Assembly: GCF_000315625.1 (NCBI RefSeq)
Contig: NW_005434641.1
Coordinates: forward strand, 449,113 to 513,112
Direction of reading: 5' to 3'
Source of the DNA: Guillardia theta CCMP2712
Taxonomy: Eukaryota > Protista > Cryptophyta
DNA length: 64,000 nt
The position numbers and the translations under genes are program-made. Position 1 is the first letter of the stretch. The number at the start of each line of letters is the position of its first letter. A model generated the notes under the pieces. The model did no database searches, had not been told where the DNA came from, and saw nothing but the letters and a program-made list of their open reading frames with translations. Positions 49,418-61,617 of this stretch are shown here, piece by piece.

Positions 49418-50790
49418 TCACTGTATCACACAACAACTGCTGGTTGTCGTCTTCGTTTGTGCCTCTTCGATGTGAGTATACCTTTACATCTCCTCAGCCT
49501 GACAAACATGAGACTCATCGATCGCCCTTACCACAACGCTATGGCTCCCATCAGCTCCGTCTTGTTGATGCCTCCAGTCTTCTGGACACCTGGCGTATAT
49601 GGAGTCAGAACGCCAAAGAAAGGAGAGCTGAAGGACATTGACCTTTCAACGATCCGTCTGCGTTCGATTCGATCCACCTAACCTGTACCTCTCATCACAG
49701 CACGGAGCCATCGCAAGGTCGAGAGCCCGACCTCGTCGTCAGGAGGTGGAATTCCGTCATTGAGTTCCGTCAGGAGATTCTTCAGCTGCAAGAGAATGGC
49801 TCAGGAGCACAAGGACACAACTTGACGACTGTCTGCCTGGTCGAATTCTAACATCCCTGAATTGTTGGTATCATACTTCCTGCCATGAACTGGTCAAGAA
49901 CAACATTATTGACGGTCAGTTCCCCACTTGAAGTACGTCTCTATCTCCGGTTTGGTCTTCTCGTAATGCCTCCATACATCCAGTGCGATCATGATCTGCG
50001 GCAGATGCTGCAGTTAGCTGACAAGTCCGTGCCAGCAAGCATGTCCTGGAGGTACCTGAGATTTGGTTATGGCATCTCCGACTCCTCCGTCCTTAGATTG
50101 CGTGCTCCTCATCACAAAGTTTATCTCCTATGAGAGCAAAAAGAAAAAGACATCAGCAGCATGGGACTGTCTTCATCGCCATCGTTCTCTCACCTCGTCT
50201 GACGGCCTAACTCCTTTTGCAGCATCTTGCAAGAAGTCGCCTAATTCCTGCATATTCAGATTGCCTGTTTTGCTCTTATCGTATTTTGCCATGAGCTGTT
50301 TCAACGTGAAAGCGTCAGACAAACTGCGGTAGCAGTGAAGCCCGTACCGTCTCCATTTTCTTTTCACGCTGAACCTCGCGCCAGAATCTTGAACGTGCGA
50401 GCAATGCTTCATGGCGCTTTGCGGACAATGTCCTGCTCCTCTTCGGATGTGCTACCAGTCCAGCATGGAGCTGTCCAGGAAGATTGCAAGCCAGCATCGT
50501 AGACATCTTCAGAATTTGTGCCGCAACCCTGCCAAGAAGGAGTGTTACTGGAAGGAAATAACCCCATACAAGCATGTCACTCCACTCTTTCTTTACTTGT
50601 CTTACAGGCGTTTGACTATACCTCGCTGAACATGAACGTCCCTGTCTTTGATTTTAAACTTGTTTGACGCATCTATGTGTTCCCATATCTCTTTCTCTCT
50701 GTCTGAGTTCCGAAATGTCCCGAACCGCATCTGTCCACCTGACCATGCAATCTCCCTGCATTTCTTGGAAGCGCTCTGCCCTCGCAACAT
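49418..50790 (-). CDS. EF-hand calcium-binding protein with a C-terminal CaaX box; start uncertain
   Basis: EF loops KYDKSKTGNLNMQEL, KYDTNNSGMLEFDQ and KTGGINKTEL. The last exon ends TTTSSCCVIQ*. Confidence 0.8.
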
Positions 50791-51312
50791 TCTTCCATCT
50801 AATTCTCCTTCACCTTCATTGTCACCTTTCCTTCCCCTCCTCATCCTTCATCCTCCTCCCTCCCCTCCTATCTGCCATTCGGCATCGTCAACGGCTTCGC
50901 TTTGGGGCCATCCCCTCCTATTCCCCCTGTCAATACACCCTACCCCCTACTTCGCTTCAAATAGACTATAAAAGAGGGGTACTCTTGGGTTTCAGGTTTA
51001 CTTTACACTCGGTGGGGGGGTAGAATTTCCCCACCCGTAGTCGAAGAGTAGAATTGGTGGTGGGGTACCCCTTCGTATATTGTTCCACTACCCCTACTTT
51101 CCTCTGCAGTTTTTCACCGAAGTAGGGGTCATCGAATTGGAGGACGTCTCCTGATTGTCCTCGTACTTATCTTTAACTTAACTTTGAGTAAATAATGAAG
51201 CTGGGCCGTTATAAGTGAACAGCGTCTCAGTGAAATGTGTCCCCTCCCCCACCACCCCGGTACCGGCCCGAATGATGATAACCCCATAGGCGACCCTTGG
51301 GATTTGGGTTTC

Positions 51313-52512
51313 ATGCTTGGGGTGCGGCGAGAGGGAGGCGGGAGGGGACGAGGGATTTTGCTTGCTGGGATTGCTTTCCTTGCCGCTGTTGGTGCTGTCC
51401 TCCTGATTGCCAAGGGAGCCAAACAGACTGCTCTATATGGAACCTACTGGGGAGGATACTATGATGATTACTATGGCAACTACTGGGATCCCTATGGCTA
51501 CGAGCAGGGCAGGAGCGATTATTGGAACAACGTTGCGGACTGGGATGCGCAAGGTTTGATTTTCTTGCCTCTCTACATGCTCCCTGTGTTGTGCCTCTCC
51601 CCAAGTTCTTGATCCGTGTTCTACAGCTCCTGTTTGATTTGACTCCGTGTACAGATCCATGGAGTTACAACGACTGGGCTGCTAGAGACGCGGCATGGAG
51701 ACGAGCAGCGTATGGATACGGTCCGTTCGATACACAGGAGCATGCTGACTACTACTATAACCCCGATCAAGATGAATTCGACGAGCAAGCAGCTTACCAA
51801 GACTACCTGAACCGATATTATGCTTCTCACACAGGTACATTCGGCATCCCCTACTCCCCTGCGGCCGAGGACAGCTACGAGCGTAGAGGAGGGCTGTACA
51901 GAGCAGCTGCAAGTCTTGAAGCTGCGGATGCCAAGTCAAAGCGCATCGGGCTGTCACAAAAAGCTGGGTTGTCATCGTCGCCGACCTTCACGCAGTTAGC
52001 AGACAACTTCAAGCTCGCAAGGCTGGGTGTAAATGTTGGAGGTGATCCCTTCGATCCATCTGAGGCAGTCCGCCTGCAAAAGATGAAAGAGTCTCTCCGC
52101 AACCGTCAGTTTGGTTTGCAGAAGCTGGGTGCATCTGCAGAGGGCTCGAACAACGTTCCTGGGACTTATACCGAGGTCAGTGAGTACATGCGGGCTTGAA
52201 CTTTCCTGATGTTTCCCTTGTTAGAACTGCGTTGAGGGGAGTCCGTCTGCTCTATGTGATAGAGGAGTGAAGGTTAACGAGGCCACCAACTCAAAGTCTG
52301 GTGACTGGAAGGTCGATGAGAAGAGAGCGCGATCGGCGGCGAGAAGCTGACCCTGCTGTGTCGTTCAGGTCGAAGCCGGCAAGATCGAGCCTTCATATCG
52401 TGTAGGAATTTCTCCAGAGCGAGAGCTCTCGCCCAACACTCTTGGGGGAGACTGGCTAGGACATATGGGATCTGCTCCGGTTACGAAGGAAGAGATTCAG
52501 GCCCAGAGATGA
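51313..52512 (+). CDS. Tyr/Asp/Trp-rich protein with an N-terminal membrane anchor (lineage-specific secretory type)
   Basis: Four exons in phase. TM segment GILLAGIAFLAAVGAVLLI followed by YWGGYYDDYYGNYWDPYGY. Stop at 52510-52512. Confidence 0.75.
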
Positions 52513-52599
52513 AGGTTTGAGGGTAAGCGAAATGAATCATGTGACTGCTTTAAACTTTATGAAATGCGCGCGGCAAGTGCTAAATTATGGGTCCCTTCC

Positions 52600-54380
52600 G
52601 AGCCAAATTATGGGTCCCCTCCCCCAGTCCGTCACCGACGATCAGTGTGGGCCGCGTGCTGCCACACTGCGCCTGGGGCCGGGTGCCGGGCACTCCGAGA
52701 CCGTCTTTGGAAGTTCCCACCGTGCCACCGGCCGGGCCGGGGCCACACTCTGGCAGCCAGTGACTAAACTTGACTTCACGGTAACGGTTCAACGCCGTGA
52801 CGGTTCCCTGGCATCCGATGATCGACCGTCACTGAGTCAGGCAACCGGGCCGGTTTTCCGAGCGGCTCACTCAGTCACGGTTGGCACACCGTGGCTGAGT
52901 AGCCTAGGTGACCGCCCGGCTGCCGCACGGCCCGGCCTAGCCTGGTACGAGTCGGACTCGACCGCGCCGAGCCTCCCGAGTCCCGGAGTCCGAGTCAGGG
53001 TATGTACCCGCGCCCCCGGCCCACCGCGGTGACTCTCCATTTCTTCGGGCGCTAAACCGTTAGCCTACCGTACGGTCTCCGGCGGGCCGGCGGGCCGGGC
53101 GCGCCGCCGCGGGGGCCACCTTGCCACGATGACGAGGCTCCGACGAGGCTCCGGCGGCCTCAGCAACTTGCCCGCCGCGGCGCCGAACGCCGCCGGCTGA
53201 GCCGGGCGGCCGGGGACTCGGAAGTTGCCGCCGGGGCCGCCGCCGCACTGCCGCACTGCGGCAGGCCGCGGGCCCCCCAGCGTCACTCGCCGGGAGTCCG
53301 ACTTGGTGACGGTGCACCGTCTGACAGTGACGGACTGGCGGGTCGCCGTCCGACGGTCTCGGACTCCGGGAGTGAACCCCGGTCAAGTTCAACTTGGCAA
53401 CGCGGCCGGGTTCAGTACCGTGTACCGTACTACGGTACGGTCGGGCCGAGTCAGCCTGATCCGACCGTTCACTTTCGTCAAGTTTTGTCATCGCCGGGAA
53501 GTTCCCTACTTGCCAAGTTGATAGGTTACTCACGTCACTGGCGTACTCTTTATTATTCGGACTGAAAAAGAAGGACAAAACGTTGAACCCGGCCGCCGGC
53601 GGAGCAAACAAAGGAGGGGGAGGATAGAGCCAACAAACCCGCCTCAATAAAATACTAGGAAACGAAGGAGGCAGCGAAAACCGGCACTCCAACCACGCAA
53701 GCGACGGCCGCGTACTAGACGGTGATGATCGGATCCGAGTAGGTATCACGGCCTCCACTTGAAAGTTCGACCGTGAAGTTGAGACTAAAATCTCAGAATT
53801 AAAACTTGAACTCGATTTGGAATGCTGAAAATTCAAATTATGGAACTAATATTTCCCAAGAAACACGAAATGTGAAAATATATATCTATATATATAAGTC
53901 ATCTAGTGGACGGGTGAGGAAATCAGCTCTGGGAGGGTGGGGGTTGTCAAAGAGGGGTTCGAAAGGAATCATCTTGGGGGGGCAATATAGCGGGTAAGGG
54001 TAGGGTAGTATGTGAAGGGGTGGGAGGATGGGTTAACCTCGCTGAGGGGGTGGGGTAGACAGTACACAAAAGAAGGTTCTGACTGGTTGAGGTACCGTTT
54101 GTCTGTCAAAGGGTAGGGGTAGGGTCGGGAAGCACAATTGAGGGGTAGGGTAATGTAGTGCAATGGAAAATGATGGGTACTCAATATGATATAAATCTGT
54201 ATATTAGAGGGTAGGGTGATAAATTTCCTAGTCTATGAAGGTGGGTTATTTTCCTGAAGGGGGTTATTGGATTCTATTAGGGTGGGGTAGGTCGCCCATG
54301 GTACTATTTGCACAAGGAGTCAATCAAATTTGTAAAAATTTCAAAATACCCACCCATTCCCTACTTGACTGAAATTTAGT
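52600..54380. promoter_or_regulatory. Composite intergenic region: CCGG palindrome block, AT-rich stretch, GGGTA/GTAC block
   Basis: Three compositionally distinct modules at 52600-53790, 53790-53900 and 53900-54380; no credible ORF. Confidence 0.5.
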
Positions 54381-54852
54381 ATGAGAAATGACTAAACTCT
54401 GCTGGAATTGATTGATTCTTTCAGTATGGTTCAATGGCGATAGGGGCTGCGAGTAGTTATGGCTGGGTCAGCTGGAGGGAGGGAGAGGATGCAACGAAGA
54501 AGTAGGACATGCGATGAGAGGGAACAAGCTGTGTTGCCTTCCTGCTGCATGCTCATTGCCTGACTCGATTTCAATGTCTCCGAGCAGCGCCTGTGCTTGT
54601 GTGGGGTGGTCGGGAAGGGAGATGGAAGATGGATAGCAGAGAGAGAAAATGCTGTGCATCGATACGAAAGCGACGGATATGATCGGATATGTACAAGTGC
54701 ATGGTCGAAAAGAGAGAAGGACGAGGACGAGGGGCAGGGCAAGGGCGAAGACGAGAAATGCAAGACGTTGAATTGATCTGAACAAAGTTTAAATGTCAAG
54801 AAGTTTCTAGGGAAGCATTTTCTCGAACCTTCTCATGGTACTATCCCGATGA

Positions 54853-54898
54853 CCACTAGATAGACTCGGCCTTAGCCACTAGATAGACTCGGCCTTAG
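54853..54898 (+). repeat. Tandem duplication, 23-bp unit x2
   Basis: CCACTAGATAGACTCGGCCTTAG occurs twice. Confidence 0.9.
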
Positions 54899-55197
54899 GA
54901 TCGTTCTCTCACAGAAACGAGTTGTGGGAATGAAAGCATCTTTCTCATTGCGTTGTCCCAATCACACATGTCCTGGGGAGTGTACAGGGAATGGAGAGTT
55001 TTGGAGGAGCCTCTTGGCTGCTCAAGGAGCATGGAGGGGTTGCATTGTGAAGTTTGACCTTGTTTACTCTGCAGATTTTACCATTGCCGTAGCATGCCCC
55101 TCTCATCTTTCGCTTGGCTTGGAAGTTCAGGCAGGAACGCCAAGTACGTTAATTGTGTGCTCGCCTTGAAAGGATTCGCTGACATTCCACAAGCAGG

Positions 55198-56452
55198 ATG
55201 GCGCTAACAAGCAACTCATCTCCTGTGAACAACAAGAAGGACCCGGACTTCGATGAAGAAGCTCAGAAGATCTTCGCTTCTTTGGGTCTGGGGAAGGTGG
55301 GAATGGAGGAAGTGGAACAAGTAGAGTCGTACACCCTAACCGGCACTGTGGCACAGGAGGGAAGCTCTAGTAGATACAATTCTTGCGATCCGATCTGGTG
55401 ATGTTCCTGTATGGCGTGTTGTAGGTGAACTGATTCGCTTTCCTACAGGAAGCATCCAAGGACTGGTGGAACAATTTATGTTGGAAACGTTGAAGCAGCT
55501 AGCAACATGGGTGAGATGTTTTTGTGAAGTATGGGAGGATGATGGGGTTTGATCGATTGAATGCAACAGACATTTTGAAGAACAAGAACATATCGCACGT
55601 TGTCAACTGTACAGACAATGTAATTGCTTTCTCTGATCTTGAAATTGTGGGTGTTAACTGGGATTTCATGCAGATGCCACTTTATCATCAAAAATCTTGT
55701 AAGAGCAGCAGATGAAATTGTCATCCTCTGACTGTTGATTGCGCATGCAGCTAGCATATCGTATTATCGCTTCGACATTGCCAGCTGGTCGTTCGTTTCT
55801 GAGAAGTCTTACTTGATATTTCCTTGTAACGCTGATGTTTAGGTGGAGGCATGTCAAGGATGATACAGATTCTGTCATAGAATTCACACAGAGCGTTTTT
55901 GCGTTTGTTGGCGAAGCTCTTGCTGCGGGGAAGAATGTGAGAAAAGTCACTGCTGTCCGCGACTGTTCCTTGTGCTCATGTGTCCTCGCAAGTGGGTGTT
56001 GTAGCTCATCTCATGACATGTTTGTTCCTCAGGTTTTGATTCACTGCTTAGCCGGCGCGCACAGAGCCGGGACAACAGGTGAGGAGGGAGATCGGGAATG
56101 ATATCATTCAACCCTTGGTTTACTCTGAACACCATTTCTTGCGGAGATGGTTTTGTTTTGTTTACCATCTTCTATCGCCGTTGATCTCTTCATCTGAATT
56201 TTCTTGTCGTGGCAGGGTGTGCATTGTTAATGCACTTTGGGGGTCTTGATACCAAAGCTGCCATAGCTGTCGCTAAGCGACTCCGGCCGGTGAGGGTCTG
56301 AGGGAGAGAATGAAATGATCTTGACACCCCACCTCTCCCCCCCCCAGGTGATTGACCCCATCGGAACTCTGCCAGAATTACTAAAGAAGATAGAAAAAGC
56401 AAACAAACTCAAATCTCCGAAGGAACGCTTTCCTATAGCTCACTTCGAATAG
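55198..56452 (+). CDS. Atypical dual-specificity protein phosphatase
   Basis: IYVGNVEAA, ISHVVNCT, catalytic VLIHCLAGAHRAGT (HCx5R) and AKRLRP|VIDP; about 10 exons. Confidence 0.92.
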
Positions 56453-56655
56453 AATCGGAAGAATCTGTTGTGCCGACAATTTCTGGGGAAATATATCGAC
56501 TTTTGCGATGGTGCGCAAACATGCAAAAAATCTCTTTTGGGTGAGAAAGAATAACTCTTTAGTCGCAAACCATTCGATTTTTTTTTGGTTCTAGAATGAA
56601 ATCAAAGCAAAAAAAGAATGAATTCTTCCTTTCTACGAGGGTCGTCATTGATTCG

Positions 56656-57511
56656 TCAAGCACGGATTTGTTGCATCTTGGTGGTGATGATGTGAACAAG
56701 CTTCTGTTTTTCGGCTAGAGTTTTCTCTAGGTCTGCCTCCAGCTTCTTATGATCTTCTTCCATTTGCTGCCATCGCTGCCTGTAAATCTACTCGCAAGGC
56801 TCATGTTGGCAATTCAGGTTTTCGAAGTAACATACCACGATTTGATCTTGGATTTCTTTTTTGATGTTTTCGATCTCCGATTTCGATTTGCGAATCAGCT
56901 TTTCTTCTTCCTCTTTCAACATCGTTAGTTGACGTTTGATCTCTGACTTCTTCTTATTGAAACTCTTGAAAGATTTGTCGCACTCTTGTTGAGATACAGT
57001 CTGCCTTTCCTTCATCTGCGCAACTTCTTCAACGCAATTCTTTTTCAGGATTCCCAGATTGTGTTGAAACGAAGTCAACTCCTGGCTTATAAGCTCTTCA
57101 ATTTTTGCTTGTTGGCTGTCAAATCGTTTCTTGAATGCTCTCTTCTTTCTAGCAGCTTCACGCGCCAAGTCTGCGTGTTCACATAACAAAGTGAGAAAGA
57201 AAGGCAATCAGCACATCCGCACATCAAAAATAATGATCATGAATACCTTCTTTCAGCAAGCTGGCAAATCCACTTGCATCATCCGGCCAATCACATCGGA
57301 TATTGTCTGATTCAACCATCTCGAGTGGACTGCTGCACAAGCTATCGGACTTGCGCTTCCTCCCTTTTGTCGGCGCCTGCCAAATAGATTGTCCTTCCAT
57401 AGAAGAAGCTTTCTTCTTCGGCTTTTCGTCCTTGCCTCCCATGATTGCCATGATGCTGTTCATGAGCTCCCGCTCATCTCCAGCGCTCCACCCGCTCGCT
57501 ACTGCCGCCAT
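56656..57511 (-). CDS. Coiled-coil protein, three exons, weakly SYCP3/Cor1-like in layout
   Basis: Exons at about 57247-57511, 56836-57170 and 56656-56787 join in frame. Disordered N-terminus with KGRKRK, then a long helix. Confidence 0.7.
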
Positions 57512-57559
57512 CAAAACTTTTCTTGGCGCCTTTTCTCGGGCCACAAACTTTTTTATAAC

Positions 57560-58130
57560 AATAGAATAGCAATAATAGTTTTAATTTCTTTTGTCTGCTA
57601 GGGGAAGGCGATACAAGTGTACCAAGGAAATGGCGATTTAAAATAATTTAAAATGTCTTTTTAAAATGCAGGATATTCTGACGATATTATTAAATGACTC
57701 GATAATACGACAGTCACCAATAAAGGTATTATTCAAAGTGCTTCTGGCACCTGCACGTACCATTTAATATAAAATTTTCGTACCCCATATGTGCACTTGG
57801 TACAATCGTCTTGGTCAAAGTGGGAGCTTTTAAAAGGGTACTGAGTTTTTGTTTCCAGGGCCGCATTCCGTGGTGCCGTCAAAGTGCGGCGAGGGGTCTA
57901 AAACACTTTTATATTGAAAGGTACATCAATATAAAATTGGTACTTTTGTACCGGGCCTTCTTCTAAAATTATATATAGACCGGGTTCGCCGAAGGAGCAA
58001 AGGAGGCCAGCATTTCCCAATCCGTTTACTACACGTCAAAAGGCAAATTTGAGCATTAAACTATATATTATAATAATATATTCCGAATATCAATTGCTAT
58101 CAAGTTAAAAGTGACAATTAAATATGGGAG
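57560..58130. promoter_or_regulatory. AT-rich, GTAC-dense bidirectional promoter region
   Basis: Lies between head-to-head genes. I count 8 GTAC sites in 57619-57951; CACGTCA near 58032. Confidence 0.55.
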
Positions 58131-58400
58131 CCCGTATCGTGCTCACCTATTGACCTCCCATCTGAACCCTACCCTTCCCTCTTCCGCCCCTGTATCCCGC
58201 ACCAGCCATCCCTCTCCCTCCCCCTCCTCCTTCCCCTCCTACAGTCCTCCCGCCCCCCCCCGACTCTCTTGCCCTACTCTCTGTTCTCTCTCGTCCCTCA
58301 CTCACTCACCCGCCCGAGCATCTGGTCTCCCCCTTTCCTGTCCTACAACCATTTCCCTTCCTATACAGGTTACCCTCTTTCCCATATCCACTGATTCAAG

Positions 58401-59571
58401 ATGGGTTGTGGAGCAAGTCAAGGTAGTTGATCTGCATGCCTGAAGCCATGTTGCTGACTCGAGCTTCGCAGTTGAGGAATCTTTCAATGGTGATGTAGAC
58501 CTCTCTGCCCAAGACCAGAAGAACCTCGGAGCCGAGATCTCCAGCCTGGCTTCTCGTTCTGTGAAGAGCCTGAACGTAGGAAAGAACAAACTCTCGGACC
58601 TGCCCGTAGCTGTTTTCAGCCTCAAGAACCTTGAAGTCCTCAACTGCAGCGAGAACTTCCTTTCCGAACTCCCCTCCAACGTCGCTTGCTTCGCTGCTCT
58701 CACCGAGCTCGACCTCAACGACAACAAGATCAAGACGCTGCCCGAGGACATTGGGCGGTTCTTCCCGAGGCTGAGGAAGCTGCTCATGTACCAGAACGAG
58801 ATCACTTCGCTGCCGGCGTCTCTTGGGGACCTGCAGGAGCTAGAGGAGCTCAACGTCTTCAACAACAAGTTGATCAAGATCCCGGGTTGTGTCGGCACTT
58901 TGTCGAGCCTGATAGAGCTCAACGTGGCTTCCAACAAGCTCAAGACGCTCCCGAGCCTGGACGGGCTGACAAACCTGCAGAGGCTGGCGGCTTTCGACAA
59001 CAACATCGTCCTCCTGCCGACGCTGGAGAAGCTCAGCAAGATCAAGAAGCTCGAGCTCTACAGGAACCAACTCGACAGCCTCCCTCAGCTCGCAGACTAC
59101 GAGGACTTGGAGGAGATCAATGTGTCGAGGAACCGGCTGACGAGCTTCCCTGAGAACCTTGAGAAGTGGGGCAACCTACAGATCTTCGAAGCCTCCAACA
59201 ACCGGCTGGAAGCGCTGCCTCCCAGGCTGGGGGGCCTGACCCAACTCTGGAAGGTGATGCTCGGTCAGAACTCTCTCTGCAATCTGCCGGGGGAGCTGTT
59301 CGACGTGAGCATCAAGACCCTGGACATCTCGAAGAACAATTTCACCCAAGTCCCTGATGAAATGAGCAAGCTAACCTCACTGACGATCCTCACCCTGTCT
59401 GACAATCAGATCAAGTCCATCCCCAGCTTCCTTGTGGACCAGCTCACGAGCATCCGAAGGCTGGCGATCGAGGGGAACCCCATCGACCTGAGCGAGGAGG
59501 AGAACAAAGAGCGCAAGGATCAGCTGGTGAAGAGGTTCTCGACGAGCAAGGACATGAAGCTGATCGCATGA
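58401..59571 (+). CDS. Leucine-rich repeat protein with an N-terminal MGCGAS dual-acylation motif
   Basis: Micro-exon 58401-58422 (MGCGASQ), a 49-nt intron, then about 13 LxxLxLxxNxLxxLP repeats. Confidence 0.92.
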
Positions 59572-59699
59572 GGAGCTTGTGCAAGGGCTGAGGGGGGAAT
59601 CGTCGACAAGGGGGTGATTGTTCTGTTTGATTCACGCAGACATGTAGGTTATTCTTGTTCTATAATATATAAACGTGATCTCGTCAATATCCGCTCTTG

Positions 59700-60621
59700 G
59701 TAAGATCAGCACAGAATCCTCCAAGTCAGCCGAGTAGCAAAGAGCTGTCACAAGGCGCTGTCAGCTCCCGATATGTGTTGAAGAGTATAGGAGGTAGAAG
59801 ATCCTGAGGGCGAATATCACTTAGGACGACAAGAACGCTGAGGAGAAGGACGAGGATGAGGATGAGGATGAGGATGAGGATGAGGATGAGGATGAGGATG
59901 AGGTTGAGGAGGAAGTGACAACGGTTGATGTTGCAGAAGTTCAAGGCAGCACTGATCTCTGATAACTGAGTCCTCACCACAAAAGTTTCTATCTGAGACT
60001 GTCAAATGGTTCATCAGTGGAAGTGTATATCAGATCAGAGCAGCATTGATTTTGTTGCAGTAGACTCGAAGTAGAGAGTGCGTGAGGTTTTTCTTGTGTA
60101 AATTATCTTTTGTCTATTATGTACATTTTCCACTGCTCCTGCTGGCGCTGCTGCCACTTCTCCTCCTCCTCCTCCTCCTCCCCGCCTACAAATGCTTGCT
60201 CCTCGCGACAAAGCCTTGAACACTCGCTTAGTCGTTTAATGATTTATCCAACCCGGCCAGGCGTTCTCGACCAACATTCAAGACTAGAAAGATAAGCTGA
60301 CCTTCCCACATCCTCCCGGAGTCCTGACTCGTCAGCTGCAGCGCTTGACTCGCCTCACCTCGTCTAAGATGAAGCACATGGCCTCTCCATCTTGCTCTTT
60401 GCCGCGGTTGTCATAATCAGAAACTCACGACTCAAACCTTCACCAAGCTTGTCAGACAAACAACAAGTCACAGAAGACAAGAACTGAAGATACCTGCCAC
60501 GCAGCATCAAACGGTCCAAGCCTCCCCTTGGAATTCTACTCAGCTCCTCTCTTTCGAGTATCTGAGACCAGTCGTATGGGAGAGTACACTGAGCCAAACT
60601 GGAGTTGAGGCCATGAAGCAT
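59700..60621 (-). CDS. Possible hypothetical multi-exon gene
   Basis: ORF 60364-60621 with donor and acceptor signals and microsatellite introns; frame not fully resolved. Confidence 0.35.
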
Positions 60622-60779
60622 CTGGACGATGCCATGATGTGCAGAGGGTGAGGGTGTGCGGAGAGAGGATCATCGGAGACGAGAGGACAGCAGAGCCTCG
60701 GAGGGTGACGGAGGCTAGGAGCCTGCTAGCACTGCAGGGAGCCTCCGATCCTCGAGAGCATGACGGCAGTCACTGAGTG

Positions 60780-61560
60780 CAAACCGCCCAAGCTAGTCAT
60801 GATGGTCAGCCTGTGTGCGCCCGGGCAGGTTTTCGGAACAAGTTCCGAAGTTCCTGGCAGCAATCGTTGTCGCTGAGCAAGTTGTGACAAGTTAAACTCC
60901 GAGGCTCACCGGTAGGCTAGCTGCTGGAGTCACTGAGTTGACCTCGGGCCTGCCCGGCGCAGGCTTTCAGTCTGGCGAGTCAGTAGAGCCTGAGAGCTCA
61001 CTCAGTTGGTTTGAAAGTTCCGCTGAGTTCACCGTGACGGAGGCTGAGAGTCCGGTCCGACACCGAGTCGTTATCCGATCAGTGACAATGCGGCGGGCCG
61101 CCGGGCCGGCCGGCCCGGCCGGCCGCCGGTCCCACTGACACTGAGTAGGGCACCTGGATTCACTGATGAGTGATTATTATCTTCCCTGTAAAGGGTGAGT
61201 ACCCCCCTTACGACTTTCAGAGAAGGGGGTCCTCAAGTTCGCTTCCCTTGGGATCCCAGTGCGGAACCCCTTCTGATCACACTTATGAGTAGGAAATATG
61301 TGGGGTGGGTGGTAATTATAGTGGGGTCAGGGGTGATTGAGAATAATAGGGTGCAAGGTTGTGGACCTCAACGGGGTCCCTCACGATGAGAAATGGGGGT
61401 AGGTACTCTAATTCATTTTCACTCTAAATTATTTGTACTGAAAACTACGAAAAGTATTATATGAGAAAATATTGAGCGATAATTATATCCAGCAATTGCG
61501 GTATCTGCGATAACTACTACAAATAAACATTTTGAAAAGTACCCACCACCGAAAAAGATT
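60780..61560. promoter_or_regulatory. Divergent intergenic region: CCGG/AAGTT block, GGGTA block, AT-rich block
   Basis: Same three modules as at 52600-54380. Confidence 0.5.
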
Positions 61561-61617
61561 ATTATTCATGAAGATACTTTCATGCAAGTGAGGCTGCGGC
61601 AAGGATAGGCGACTGCG

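Noticed and set aside
52517-53836. 171-aa and 258-aa Arg/Pro/Ala-rich ORFs in the GC-rich block (also 5180-5620)
   Set aside because: Stop-codon depletion from high GC content; no domain and no coherent splice structure.
54431-54799. Minus-strand 122-aa ORF
   Set aside because: Low-complexity, intron-like composition; more likely the phosphatase 5' leader or intergenic DNA.
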